Part shown: positions 48,744-60,314 of the stretch, piece by piece
Layout: the number at the start of each line of letters is the position of its first letter
Position numbering within the stretch: position 1 is the first letter of the stretch
Assembly: GCA_000004695.1 (NCBI GenBank)
Contig: CM000153.2
Location: 2,400,001-2,464,000, forward strand
Length of the DNA stretch: 64,000 nt
Direction of reading: 5' to 3'
Source of the DNA: Dictyostelium discoideum
Taxonomy: Eukaryota
The notes under the pieces: generated by a model
Database searches by the model: none
Seen by the model: only the letters and a program-made list of their open reading frames with translations
Told to the model about the DNA's origin: nothing
Program-made: the position numbers and the translations under genes

Positions 48744-49685
48744 TTATAATAATAATGATAAAATAATAAATATAGCAGAGAAACATAATGAAACTTTAAT
48801 GGTGTTACCAAAAGATGAATCTTTTTCTTTTGGGATTGTTTGATGTAATGATGAATCATAGATATCAGAACCAAGAACAAGATTATTAACTTTTAAACCT
48901 GAATGAGTGTTAACATTGATTGAACATTCAACATCAGAGGTTTCACATACAACATTATCTCCAACACAATGAATTGATGGACTTGGAGAAGAACAATTAA
49001 TGGTACCATTAATATTATCAGTTGAACAAGTTGACCCACCACTTGATGTACACATTATTGGACCATTACCTTTACAATAAATTGGTTGAGGACTATTAAC
49101 AGTAATACCATTATTTGTTACACTGCATAAAATTTTTGAAGGCTTTGGTGTTTGGGTTGGTGTATGAGATGGTGTTTGGGTTGGTGTATGAGATGGTGTT
49201 TGGGTTGGTGTTTGAGATGGTGTTTGGGTTGGTGTATGAGATGGTGTTTGGGTTGGTGTATGAGATGGTGTTTGAGTTGGTGTTTGAGATGGTGTTTGAG
49301 TTGGTGTTTGAGATGGTGTTTGAGTTGGTACTTGAGTTGGTGTTTGAGTTGGTGTATGAGATGGTGTTTGAGATGGTGTTTGAGATGGTTGTTGAGTTGG
49401 GTTTGGAATTGGACAAGCATATTGACTTTCAATAAAAAAGTTGTAGATACATTTAGGACTTTCACTTAATTCTTTGATTAAGAATCTAACATTTGGGTTA
49501 CATTTAAATGAATATGTTGAATTTCTATGTCCTGCATTGCCACAACCGGTAGTAGGTTGTTGTTGGGAATTATAGTAGGTAATTTGAATTGTATTATTTG
49601 GACTTGGATTAAATAGATAGACTACATTATTAACATTACCAATTTCAAAATTAGACACTCCCTCTGTTTGACATGATTGTGTACC
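48744..49685 (-). CDS. Secreted MRH-domain (mannose-6-phosphate-receptor-homology-like) protein with a T/P-rich mucin-like repeat and a C-terminal GPI-anchor-like signal, exon 2
   Basis: [45 protein letters not shown] fits the MRH pattern (CGN..R.T..F.C....E...C.Y.F....AC). ([12 protein letters not shown])n linker, Cys-rich module, then a hydrophobic C-terminus [15 protein letters not shown]. Acceptor ag at 49687/49686. Confidence 0.65.
   Translation of the reverse strand, partial: GTQSCQTEGVSNFEIGNVNNVVYLFNPSPNNTIQITYYNSQQQPTTGCGNAGHRNSTYSFKCNPNVRFLIKELSESPKCIYNFFIESQYACPIPNPTQQPSQTPSQTPSHTPTQTPTQVPTQTPSQTPTQTPSQTPTQTPSHTPTQTPSHTPTQTPSQTPTQTPSHTPTQTPSHTPTQTPKPSKILCSVTNNGITVNSPQPIYCKGNGPIMCTSSGGSTCSTDNINGTINCSSPSPSIHCVGDNVVCETSDVECSINVNTHSGLKVNNLVLGSDIYDSSLHQTIPKEKDSSFGNTIKVSLCFSAIFIILSLLL
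49146..49400. repeat. 24-bp tandem repeat x ~10 encoding (PTQTPSQT / PSHT)n
   Basis: ggtgtttgRgttggtgtatgagat units. It produces artefactual ORFs in four frames (track 49111-49469). Confidence 0.9.
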
Positions 49686-49827
49686 CTCTAAAAGTGTAAC
49701 ATTATTTTCACAAAAAATATTTTTTGAGCATAAATTGAAATTATACTAGTAAAATAGTATGGGTTAATTTTTATTAATTTTAATTAAAAAGAAAAAAAAT
49801 AAAATAAAATAAAATAAAAAAATTTAC

Positions 49828-50010
49828 AGAATAAATTCCACCAGATACTTGATTATATGGTGCTCTGAAAAAAAATGATTGGTTTTTTAATGGAGATAAA
49901 TCAATTGTATAATCAGAGTTATTAAAAATACATGAATCTGAAGTTGGACTAGATTTCACACTTCCAACAATAGCAATCAATGAAATAATTAAAATAAAAT
50001 AATTTTTCAT
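49828..50010 (-). CDS. MRH-domain mucin-like gene exon 1 (signal peptide)
   Basis: ATG 50010-08. MKNYFILIISLIAIVGSVKS... GTAAAT donor at 49827. Total 1125 nt = 374 aa + stop. Confidence 0.55.
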
Positions 50011-50677
50011 TTTTTATTTTATATTTTTTATTTTTATTTTATATTATTATTATTTTTTTTTTCAATGTTGAAAAAAACAAGAAAAATATTTAATATTAAA
50101 AAAAAAAAAAAAAATAAGAAAAAAAAAAAAAGAGTTGTTGTACTGATTAAAATTTTTTTTTTTTTAAAAGTTTTTTATTTCCTCCAATTTTCTTTATTTT
50201 TTTTTTTTTTCATAAAACCAAAAATAAAATTAAAAAAAAAAATTCCTAGCTTTCCAAAAAAGCCGTGTTTTAAGAAAATAAAAAAATTAAAGTAAAAAAA
50301 AAAAAAGGCCACAAACACCCACCAGCGCCGCACAAAATCACTTTTCACCAAGAAATTTTTACACCCAACCGCTTTTTTTTTTTTTTTTTTTTATTTGCCA
50401 AGAATTTTTTACAAAAATTACAATAATTTAAAACCTTTTTTTTTTGTTTTTTCATTTTTCAATTGGCTTTTTTTTTTTAATTCTAGTTCTTAAAATTGAA
50501 AGTAATATTTTTTTTTATTATCACAATCTCAATTTAAACTTTGAATAATAATAATTATAATAATAATAATAATAAAAATGAAATAATTGTTGTAAAAAAA
50601 AAAAAAAGACTATTTTTATTTTTTTTTTTTTTTGCTTCTATTTTTTTATTTTATTTTTTTTTTTATTTTTTTTTTTT

Positions 50678-51292
50678 TTAATTAATGCAAGTTGCTTTAT
50701 ATTGAGCATCAAAACATGTAGTTAAATGGTTTGTATTACAGGAATTAGAATTATCACCACAAATTGTGATGTATGGAATTCCTTCTACACAAGTAAATTC
50801 TTGAGTTGAACTTTGATTATCATAATCAACTGTTGTACCATTTGTTACAAAAGTAAAGTTTTGATAATTATCAATACTACATGGGTCACCAAAACTACCA
50901 GATTTACTCCATACATTAAATTGTAATGAATTTTTTGGTAAATCAGCATTCAATTCAACTAAATAATAACCTTTAAAATAGGTTGAATATTGGCATGTAT
51001 TAAAATTGAATATCTCTGTAACATAAGGTTTTCCATTTGAACCAAGTACGCTCATCTTGAGTTGATCACTTTTTGTTGATTCAGAGAAATCTAAAAGGTC
51101 ATAAAAATTTCCAAAAACTTGAATTAAATTTGAATTCATAGATGTCAATTCTGGCATATAACCATAACCAATACCACCACCAACTTGAGTGCATTTTGAA
51201 TCTCTGAATGGAGTTAATACAATTGTTTCATTTTTTGAAAAAACTGAGTTAATTGAAAAGATTAAAAATATAATTGAAAATAAGAGTTTCAT
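50678..51292 (-). CDS. Small secreted Cys-containing protein (204 aa), function unknown
   Basis: ATG 51292-90. Signal peptide MKLLFSIIFLIFSINSVFS. 10 Cys; N-glycosylation sequons. Single exon. Confidence 0.75.
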   Translation of the reverse strand: MKLLFSIIFLIFSINSVFSKNETIVLTPFRDSKCTQVGGGIGYGYMPELTSMNSNLIQVFGNFYDLLDFSESTKSDQLKMSVLGSNGKPYVTEIFNFNTCQYSTYFKGYYLVELNADLPKNSLQFNVWSKSGSFGDPCSIDNYQNFTFVTNGTTVDYDNQSSTQEFTCVEGIPYITICGDNSNSCNTNHLTTCFDAQYKATCIN

Positions 51293-53009
51293 TATTTTTT
51301 TTATTTTTTTTTTATTTACTACTTCAAAATGAGCAAGATTTTGAAAGATGGTGGTAAAAAAAAAAAAAAAAAAATTTAATTTATACTAATAAAAAAAAAA
51401 AATAAAATAAAATAATAAGGGATGGTTTTCAAAATTGATTGATATTTTTTTTTTTTCTTCACACTATTTTTTTTTCAAAAAAAAAATCTTTAGAACGTTT
51501 TTGTACAATGGAACAAAATTTTAATTTATTTTTTTTTTTTTTTTTTTTTGGTTTTGAATTAATATCTTTTTTTTTTAATTTTTTTTTCCACAAAAAATCT
51601 TATTTTCAAAGAAAAAATGACCAAGTGTTTTATTTTATTTTTATTTTTTTAGAATCTGGATTAATTCCAAAATAATAACAGTTTGGAATCCACCCAGATG
51701 ACATGGAATGAAGATATTTATAATAATTGGTTCAAAAATATTTTCGTTTGACTTTTTTTATAACTTTTTTTTTTTATTTTTTTATTTGTAGTATTTAAAA
51801 AATAAACAACTTATAATAATAAAATTTTTTTTTTTAAATAATCTAAATGAAAAAATTGTTAGAAAAAAAAAAAAAAAAAAAAAAAAATAAAGAATATTAT
51901 AAATTAACAAAAACAATTATATTTTTATTTTTGTTTTTATTTTTTGTTATGTTTTTTGACAAACCAATTATGGTTTTTATTTTTGTTTTTATTTTTGTTA
52001 TGTTTTTTATTTTAGTAATACCTTTATTTTATTTGTTTTTTTTTTATTTTTTTTTTTTATTTAATATTTTTTTATTTTGTCCTTTTTGATACCAGGAAAT
52101 TAAGATTAATTGTCAATAGATCTTGAATATTTTATATTCAAAAAATTAATCTTCGAAGGTGCCTTATATTTTCAGAAAATTTAAAAGTTGGATAGGCTCC
52201 GTCTTTTTAAGGTTTTAATGAGGAATAAAGCATTTCTGTACTTTTGTATTTTTCATATTCAGCCGTGCTATCATAAAGTCCTTCATATGAGGCACAATAA
52301 TTAAAATCATACTGGAAATTCATATTTTTTTTGCTTTTCCCCAAGGTGTAATTTTTTTTATTTTTATTTTCACTTTTGCCGCGCTGTTTTTTTTTTTTTT
52401 TTTTATTTCAGATATTTTTATTTTCAATTGTTTTATTTTTATTTTAACTTTTAACGCACTGTTTTTTTTTTTATTTTTTTTTTTTATAAATAAAAAGATG
52501 AAATATGGGGTTAAATATGAAATTGATCAATCTATTCCAAACGATTTGCCTGATTTTCCATTTATAGATGAAAAAGATTATCCATCTGAACGATGGGAAA
52601 TTACACTAAAAGATCAAGACACAATAATATTTTCTTTTAATTTTCTTTATGTTTGTATTTTATATTGAAAACAAAAAATATATCAATTAAAAATAAAATG
52701 TCAAAATTATTAATAATAATAATAATACCATTTGAAACAATAATTAGATTGGGAAATTTTTAAATGAAATTAAGAGATATTGTAAAAACAGAATAATTAC
52801 TTTTGAAACAAACATTCCAAAAGAAAATAATTTTTATTTATTATATCATTTTATTATTTGGAAAAATAAAAATAATTGGTGTGAAGATTCCAAGGTTTTA
52901 ATCTTTAAAAACTCAATGATATTTATTTTTTGTGAAACTCGAATTAAAATTGATATTGATAATAATGAAATTATAATTGTAAGTTATTAATAACAAAAAA
53001 AAAAAAAAA

Positions 53010-53046
<37 letters not shown>

Positions 53047-53104
53047 AACTTTTTTAGTATTAAAGAAAAGTAATCCAAAAACAGATACAACTTTAGAATT
53101 AAAA

Positions 53105-54910
53105 ATGAGTAAATTTTTAGAAAATTTAAAAGAAAAACCATTGCAAGTAAAAAATTATTATTATTTTTTCACAATACTTTCTAAAGTTTCAAACTCTGTA
53201 CTTATTAATGATGATGGTTTCGATATTTGGATTTATTCATTAGAGTATCCATTATTTATAATTGCAAAGAATGGTACAGGTAAAACTAGATTTTTAAAAA
53301 AGGTTTTCACAAACTCTGGGATTCTTAAATGTAAACAATCAATTTATTTGAATGAATTTATGGTTTTATCATTTAGTAATGGCGTAAATAATGAAGAGGT
53401 TAAATTCTTTGAAGAGTTTTTAAATGTTTATAAAGCACATTCGATGTTATCAACTCTAAATAATAAAGGATTCTTAACGAAATATATATGGAATTCAATT
53501 AATGAGGTATTAAAATCGAATAATTTACCTTTCTCATTATTACCATCGGATTTAAAGAGTGATAGATTATTATTTAAAATGGATGATGTAACACTTTATT
53601 ACCATGATTTATCATCCGGTGAAAAAACATTATTTATAGTGTTTGCTTTAATTGTATTCTATCAAGATAATTATTCAGGTATTGCTGATGAAGAAGTTTT
53701 GTTATTATTAGATGAAATTGAAACAACATTGCATGCTCAATCATTAAGAGTTTTATTTAATGCAATTCATAAACAAAGAAATAATTTGAAAATTATAATG
53801 TCAACTCATAATTCAACATCATTAAGAATTGCATCAGAGTATGGTTTTCATTATTATTTATTAGAGAAATCTTTAACCATATCGGATGGAAATTCTGTAA
53901 AAATTAAAGAATTAAAATCACATGAAAATGCAATTAGCTATGTTAGTGATGGAATGTTATCAGTTGTAGATAGTTCAAAACTTGTATTTGTTGAAGACGA
54001 CGATGATAGTAAATTCTATGAAATTGCATATAAAAAACTATTTAATTATCCACACACAACTAGATTAGTATTTTGTAATGCTGGTATAAAAAATAATAGT
54101 CAACATGATCTTAATCAAGTATCATTAATATTAAAGAAAATGGATGGAAATGATGAAAATGTCAAATCCATTCAAAAATTAATTAATACCCTAAAAGAAA
54201 CAAATACAATCGGTGGTAAAACATCAGTTAAAGAAAAGGTTAAATTACTATCTGAAAAATCAGTTACTGAAGAATCATTCAGATTAGGTAATTCTCAAAT
54301 CATTGGTTTATTAGATAAAGATGATGGTAAAAATGAAGGTGAATTTTTAATAACAATTGATTACTATAGTTATGAGATGTTTTTATGTTCTCCTTTAGTA
54401 TTATTTTATATGATAAAAAATGAATTTTTAAAAACATCTCCAGATTCACATTTATCAACAATAACAACAACAACACCATCATCACAAGAAATAAATACAA
54501 ATTTATCACAACAAGATATGGTTTGTTTTGTTATTGAAAAGTTAATTGAAAAAGAAGTTGAAACTAAAAATAGAGAAACAAATAAAACTTGGAAAGAATA
54601 TTTGGATATTTTTTATGAAGGTATACGTTCAACAACATTGTTTGATGTAAAATTAGAAAACCAAGCAATAATCAAAGTACCTGAAATTTTTATAAATGGA
54701 TTTGGTAAAAAAGGAAAAGGTCATAATCTCTTTGATACTTTGGTTAGAATATTTGCATTTGGATTAAATATGCAAGAATCCACTGAAAAATTAAAAATAA
54801 AAACACTTGAAGCTTTTGAAAAAATGTCAACTGATAATATTCCATCATGTTTAAGAGATACATTTTTAAAAGTAATGAATTACTCTTTAAAAAAAATTAC
54901 AAATAATAAC

Positions 54911-54944
<34 letters not shown>

Positions 54945-54955
54945 TAAAAAATTAA
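53105..54955 (+). CDS. ABC-type ATPase (AAA_15/AAA_21-like) fused to a Toprim-like domain: OLD / Gabija GajA / PARIS-type architecture; 616 aa, single exon
   Basis: Walker A IIAKNGTGKTRFL (aa 53-65). ABC signature LSSGEK (169-174). Walker B LLLLDEIETTL (199-209). H-loop IIMSTHN (230-236). C-terminal Toprim-like motifs LVFVEDDDDSKFYEI (Glu 297; cf. OLD-family VEGxxD) and GLLDKDDGKNEG (DxD, ~105 aa later). AT-rich Dictyostelium codon usage and a poly-Asn tail. Confidence 0.8.
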
Positions 54956-55883
54956 AATTATTGATTACATTATTATTATTATTATTTTTTTTTTTTTTTT
55001 TTCTTTTTTTTTTTTTTTTTCTTTTCAAAAAAAACATAATTAATTATTATTGATCAATAAAATATTCTAATTTAATTAAGAATTTTTAAAAAAAATCTTT
55101 TGTTTCTGGAAAGTATATTTTGGTAGAGAATCTTTAGAAGATAAAAAGAAAAAAAAAATTCAAAATAAAATTCCAATTTGGTTTTATTTCAATAATTTAT
55201 TTATTTTTATTTATTTTTTTTTTTTAAAAATAGTAATAATAAAAAAGAAAAAAATAAAGTATGGGTGCTTTTAGAAAAAAAATAAGAAATAATTAAAAAA
55301 AATTAAAAAAAAATAAAAATAAAAATAAGAAAAAAATGGTTTTAAGATTATTATAATAATCTTTTTAAAGATGATGACGCCCCTGTGGGCTGGTCGGTCG
55401 GTGGGAAATTATAATATTTTTTATTTTTTTTAATTTTTTTTTTTTTTTTGAAATTTCAATTTAAACATCATCAAAATACCTTTTTTTTTATTAATTTTTT
55501 ATTTTTTTTTAATTTTTTTATCTTTTTTTTATTTTTTTTTAATTTTTTTTTTTATTTTATTTTGTTTTTTTTTTTTTTTTTTTTAATTTTTTCCTTTGTT
55601 CTTCATACACAAAAAAGAATTTAAAATAATCTTTAAACAGAAAAAAAAAAAAAAAAAAAATAAAATTAATATAAAAAGGTATTTTAATTTCTCAATTCTT
55701 TTTTTTTTTATATTACATTTTATAATAACTAAAAATATCAAATTATAAGATATTATTATAAATGAAATAGATTTAAAATAAAATTTTATTTTACAATAAA
55801 AAATAATAAAATTAAAAATAAAAATAAAATAAATAATAATAATAATAAAAAAAAAAAAAAAAAAATAAAATAAAATAAAATAA

Positions 55884-55926
<43 letters not shown>

Positions 55927-56086
55927 AACACACTGACATACCACATTCCCACAGACGATAAAATTATATATATATAAAAAAATAATAATAATAATAAAAA
56001 AAGAGAAATAAGAAATAAAAAAATAAAAAAACAATCTTTTTTTAAAAATAACAGTTAATAAAAATAATAATAATAATAATAATAAA

Positions 56087-56569
56087 ATGACAAAAGTTTA
56101 TTCATTAGGTATTAGAAGAGAAGATAAGAATCGTTGGGAAAGAAGAGCACCATTAGCGCCATCCCATGTTGAAGAATTAGTTAAAAAAGGTATTAAAGTT
56201 ATTGTTCAACCATCAACTCTTAGAAATTATCCAAATGTTTTATATGAGAAAGCAGGAGCAATCATTCAAGAGGATTTAAAAGAGTGTGATGTAATTGTAG
56301 CAGTAAAAGAAGTACCAAGTGAATATTTATACAATGATAAAACCTACATTTTCTTCTCACACACCATCAAAGCTCAACCATACAATATGGCAATGTTGGA
56401 TGAAATTAACAAAAAACGTATTCGTTTAATCGATTATGAACGTATCACTGATGATCAAAATAGAAGATTAGTTCGTTTCGGTTCTTTTGCTGGTTATGCT
56501 GGTATGATTGATATGCTTCATGCATTAGGTGATCGTTTATTAGCAAAAGGTTTTTCAACACCATTCTTG
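56087..56569 (+). CDS. Bifunctional lysine-ketoglutarate reductase / saccharopine dehydrogenase (alpha-aminoadipic semialdehyde synthase), exon 1
   Basis: ATG 56087. The LKR (AlaDH/PNT-like) N-domain MTKVYSLGIRREDKNRWERRAPLAP... GTAAGT donor at 56570. Confidence 0.8.
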
Positions 56570-56651
56570 GTAAGTTATTGTTATTAAATTTATAAAAAAA
56601 AAAAAAAAAAAAAAAATCATATTTACTAATAATTAAAATTTTAAATTATAG

Positions 56652-56877
56652 CATGTTGGTTATTCATATGTATATTCAAAACTTGAAAGTGCAATGGAAG
56701 CAGTTAAAGCAATTGGTGAAGAGATTTCACAAGTTGGTTTACCAGATGACCTTTTACCATTTACTTTTGCTTTTACTTCAGATGGTGCTGTATCACAAGG
56801 TGCACTTAAAATCTTTAAATTATTACCACATAAAATGGTTACACCAGATGAAATGGTTGAATTAGTTAAAAATAAGA
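56652..56877 (+). CDS. LKR/SDH exon 2
   Basis: Acceptor ag at 56650-51. HVGYSYVYSKLESAMEAVKAIGEEISQ... GTAAGT donor at 56878 (phase 1). Confidence 0.7.
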
Positions 56878-56942
56878 GTAAGTTTTAATAATAATAATAA
56901 TTATTGATTTATTTATTAATTTATTAATTTATTTTTTATTAG

Positions 56943-57442
56943 AGGGAGAAAGAGGTATTTTATATGGTACAATTATTACATCAGAACACATGGCAGCACC
57001 AATTGATCCAGAAAAGAAATTTAATAAAGCTGAATATTATGCAGATCCAAGTAAATATAAACCAATCTTTTGTGAGAAATATGCACCATACATATCATGT
57101 ATTATCAATTGTATGTATTGGGATGCCAAATATCCACGTTTAATCACAATTAGACAAATGGAAGAATTGGTTGAAACTAACAATAGTAGATTGATTGGTG
57201 TTGCTGATATCTCTGCCGATGTAAATGGTTCATTGGAATTCTTAATGACAACCACTTCAATCGATTCACCACTTTATATCTATGATCCAAGAACTCAAGA
57301 AGTTCATGATCCAACCACTGATCAACAATATATGTATCGTGATGGTATCTTATTTTTAGCAGTTGATAATTTACCAACTGAATTCCCAAAAGAAGCAACT
57401 CAATGGTTTGGTGATCATCTTTTAAAATTTATGGAACAAGTT
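56943..57442 (+). CDS. LKR/SDH exon 3
   Basis: Acceptor ag at 56941-42. GERGILYGTIITSEHMAAPIDPEKK... GTATGT donor at 57443. Confidence 0.7.
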
Positions 57443-57563
57443 GTATGTATTAATATTTAAAACAAAAAATAATAATAATAATAATAATTTATTATTTAAT
57501 AATAATAATAATAATTAAATTAACTTTAAATTTTTATTTTATTTTTTTATTATCATATGATAG

Positions 57564-59084
57564 GTTAAATCAGATCCAAAATTACCATATGAAAAAATGA
57601 CAGATATTGCACCAGAAATGAAAAGAGCAATTATTACATGTCATGGTTCATTAACACCACCATTTGAATATATTACTGAACTTAGAAAGAAGAGAGAAGA
57701 ATTAACAACTAGAATTTTAATTTTAGGAGCAGGTTCAGTATCATATCCAACCATTTCTTATTTAGCAAGAAATCCAAGTCATAAATTGACAGTTGGTGAT
57801 GTTTCAATTGAACAATCAAAGAAGGCAGCATCCTATGATCCAGAATGTCAAACTGTAGTTATCGATGTTAATGATCAAGAGAAATTGGATGAAATTGTAA
57901 AGAGACATAGAGTTGTTGTGAGTTTACTTCCAGATGAACTCACAATATTGGTAGCCAAATCATGTATTCGTCAAAAGAAACATATGGTTTCACCAGGTTA
58001 TATGAGTAGCGAGATGGAAGCACTCGATAAGGATGCCAAAGAAGCTGGTATCACTCTCTTGAATGAAATGGGTTTGGATCCAGGTATCGATCATTTGGAA
58101 GCTTGCAGAGTCATTAACGATGCCACAAACAAGGGTGGTAAAGTCAGAACTTTTGTCTCTTGGTGTGGTGGCTTACCTGCACCAGAATCATCCGATAATC
58201 CATTGGGCTATAAATTCACTTGGTCACCAAAAGAGATTATCTCTGGTGTTACCAATGATAGTAAATTCCGTCGTGATGGTCAAGATATCTACATTCCAGG
58301 TAGTGAGGTCTATAAAAGAGTTCAACCAGTCGATATCTTCCCAGCATTGTCATTAGAAGGTGTACCAAATAGAGATTGTCTTCATCTTACCAAGACCTAT
58401 GGTATTGAGAGTGTAAATACTCTTTTCCGTGGTACCATCCGTTATAAAGGTTTCTGTCAAGTCATGGAAGCTGCCGTCGAAATTGGTCTATTGGATACCA
58501 CTAGCAAATCACATCTCGCCCCATCCGCCCCACCAATGTCATGGAATCTCGCAATGCGTCATATCTTACCAATTCCTCAAAGTGAAGGTATTCCAACTCA
58601 AGAACTTTTAAGAAGAAAACTTAGAACTAGAAGAGGTTATCCTTCAAAAGGCTATGACGATGATAAGATTACCTATATCCTTTACGTCTTTGAGTGGTTA
58701 GATATCTTTAGTGAAAAGAATAATGTCGCTCAATGTGGTAACTATTTCGAAGCTTTCACAGAGTTATTGAAAACTAAACTCAATCTCTTACCATCAGAAA
58801 GAGATTTAATCATTTTACATAATGTCGTTGGTATCGAATGGGATGGTGGTAAACATGAAACTAAAACTTCAACACTCGTTTACTATGGTTCAAAAGATCA
58901 ATCTGCTGTTAGCACTGTAGTTGGTTTACCAGTTGCTATCGCAGCTGAATTATTGGTTGAAAATCAAATTAAAGAAGTTGGTGCAATTAGACCAATCACT
59001 AAAGAATTTTATAAACCAATGTTAAAATCACTTCATAATGAAGGTATTTCTTTTATTCATAGAAGTGAATTTGATAAAATTTAA
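57564..59084 (+). CDS. LKR/SDH exon 4 (saccharopine dehydrogenase domain; incl. stop)
   Basis: Acceptor ag at 57562-63. Rossmann motif ILILGAGSVSYPTISYL. The four exons sum to 2730 nt = 909 aa + stop; human AASS is 926 aa. Confidence 0.8.
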   Translation, partial: VKSDPKLPYEKMTDIAPEMKRAIITCHGSLTPPFEYITELRKKREELTTRILILGAGSVSYPTISYLARNPSHKLTVGDVSIEQSKKAASYDPECQTVVIDVNDQEKLDEIVKRHRVVVSLLPDELTILVAKSCIRQKKHMVSPGYMSSEMEALDKDAKEAGITLLNEMGLDPGIDHLEACRVINDATNKGGKVRTFVSWCGGLPAPESSDNPLGYKFTWSPKEIISGVTNDSKFRRDGQDIYIPGSEVYKRVQPVDIFPALSLEGVPNRDCLHLTKTYGIESVNTLFRGTIRYKGFCQVMEAAVEIGLLDTTSKSHLAPSAPPMSWNLAMRHILPIPQSEGIPTQELLRRKLRTRRGYPSKGYDDDKITYILYVFEWLDIFSEKNNVAQCGNYFEAFTELLKTKLNLLPSERDLIILHNVVGIEWDGGKHETKTSTLVYYGSKDQSAVSTVVGLPVAIAAELLVENQIKEVGAIRPITKEFYKPMLKSLHNEGISFIHRSEFDKI

Positions 59085-59438
59085 ATTAAAATTTTAATTT
59101 AAAAAAAAAAAAAAAAAATGTATCCTAAAAAAATAAAAAAAAAAAAAAGTAATAATAATTTTATATTAATATTACTGTTTCAAAAAAAAAAAAATAAAAA
59201 AATAAAAAAATCTATTTCTGTTTATTTTTTTTTATTTATTACCAAAAAAAAAAAAAATTTATTTCTGTTTTTTTTTTTTTTTTTTTTTTTTTTTTGATTA
59301 TTAAAAAATTTATTTTTAGTTTTTTTTTTTTATTTTTATTTGATTGGGGTATTTATACAAAAGGTGTGTTATTTTGGAATTAAGAATAAAAAATAAATAG
59401 CAAAGTTTTTGTTTTTTTTTTCTTGATTTTAGGGGTTT

Positions 59439-59470
<32 letters not shown>

Positions 59471-59477
59471 CAAAATT

Positions 59478-60001
59478 TTAAGATTTTAAAGCTTTCAAAC
59501 GATCAAGTAATTCACTATCTTCTTGTTTTTCTTGAACAACTTCTTCTTGTTGATGAGTTTCTAATGGTGCTGAACTAACTTGTGGACCAGATACTAAAAT
59601 CTCATCCATAATTTTATTAACTTCCATTTCTGCTTCCTCTTCAAGATCTTCACCTTGCATATCGAATACATCAGAAATCATCTCTTCCATTATACCTGCT
59701 TTTGTCATCTCTGAACCCATTGCCATCATAACTTTATTTAGTTCGGGTAATTTAATGAGATCATTCATCATTTTCATAATCTCTGTTGATTTTGCTAAAT
59801 TTCCTTGAACTTTTGTCATTGCTAAATTACTTTGTAATTGCATTGATACTGAATTCATTTGTGCTTTTGCTGTATATATTCTTTCTTTTGCTTTTCTACT
59901 ATTTACAATCTCTTTTGCTAATGTTTTTGCACTCTTTTGATCTCCTGCTTTAACTCTTTCTTTAATCATTCTAACTGTTTTCTTTTCTTGCATATCAATT
60001 G
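59478..60001 (-). CDS. ESCRT-III subunit CHMP2/Vps2 (Snf7 family), exon 2 (incl. stop)
   Basis: AIDMQEKKTVRMIKERVKAGDQKSAKTLAKEIVNSRKAKERIY...LKLPELNKVMMAMGSEMTKAGIMEEM...LLDRLKALKS aligns with CHMP2A/B. Acceptor ag at 60003/60002. Confidence 0.75.
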
Positions 60002-60002
60002 C

Positions 60003-60003
<1 letters not shown>

Positions 60004-60088
<85 letters not shown>
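60004..60088. repeat. (TTA)28 microsatellite in the CHMP2 intron
   Basis: Perfect run. Confidence 0.9.
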
Positions 60089-60093
<5 letters not shown>

Positions 60094-60214
60094 AAAAAAA
60101 AATAAAAAACAACAATTGGTTAAAATTATTATATTTTTAACATATTATAATATGTAATAATTTTTATATTATTTTTTTTTTTATTTTTGAAGTTTTAAAA
60201 AAAAAAAAAAATAC

Positions 60215-60314
60215 CTCTTAATTGAGTATCTAAACCTCTATCTTCTCTTCTTAATTCTCTTTTCCATTTCTTTACTAACTCCTCTGGAGTAGGTTTCTTT
60301 AAAAAACTAAACAT
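60215..60314 (-). CDS. CHMP2/Vps2 exon 1
   Basis: ATG 60314-12. MFSFLKKPTPEELVKKWKRELRREDRGLDTQLR (cf. CHMP2 MDLLFGRRKTPEELLRQNQRALNRAMRELDRER). GTATTT donor at 60214. Total 624 nt = 207 aa + stop. Confidence 0.65.

Noticed and set aside
49111-49469. Four overlapping ORFs in different frames
   Set aside because: All arise from the 24-bp tandem repeat encoding the mucin-like linker. Only the minus-strand frame continuous with the MRH-domain gene is real.
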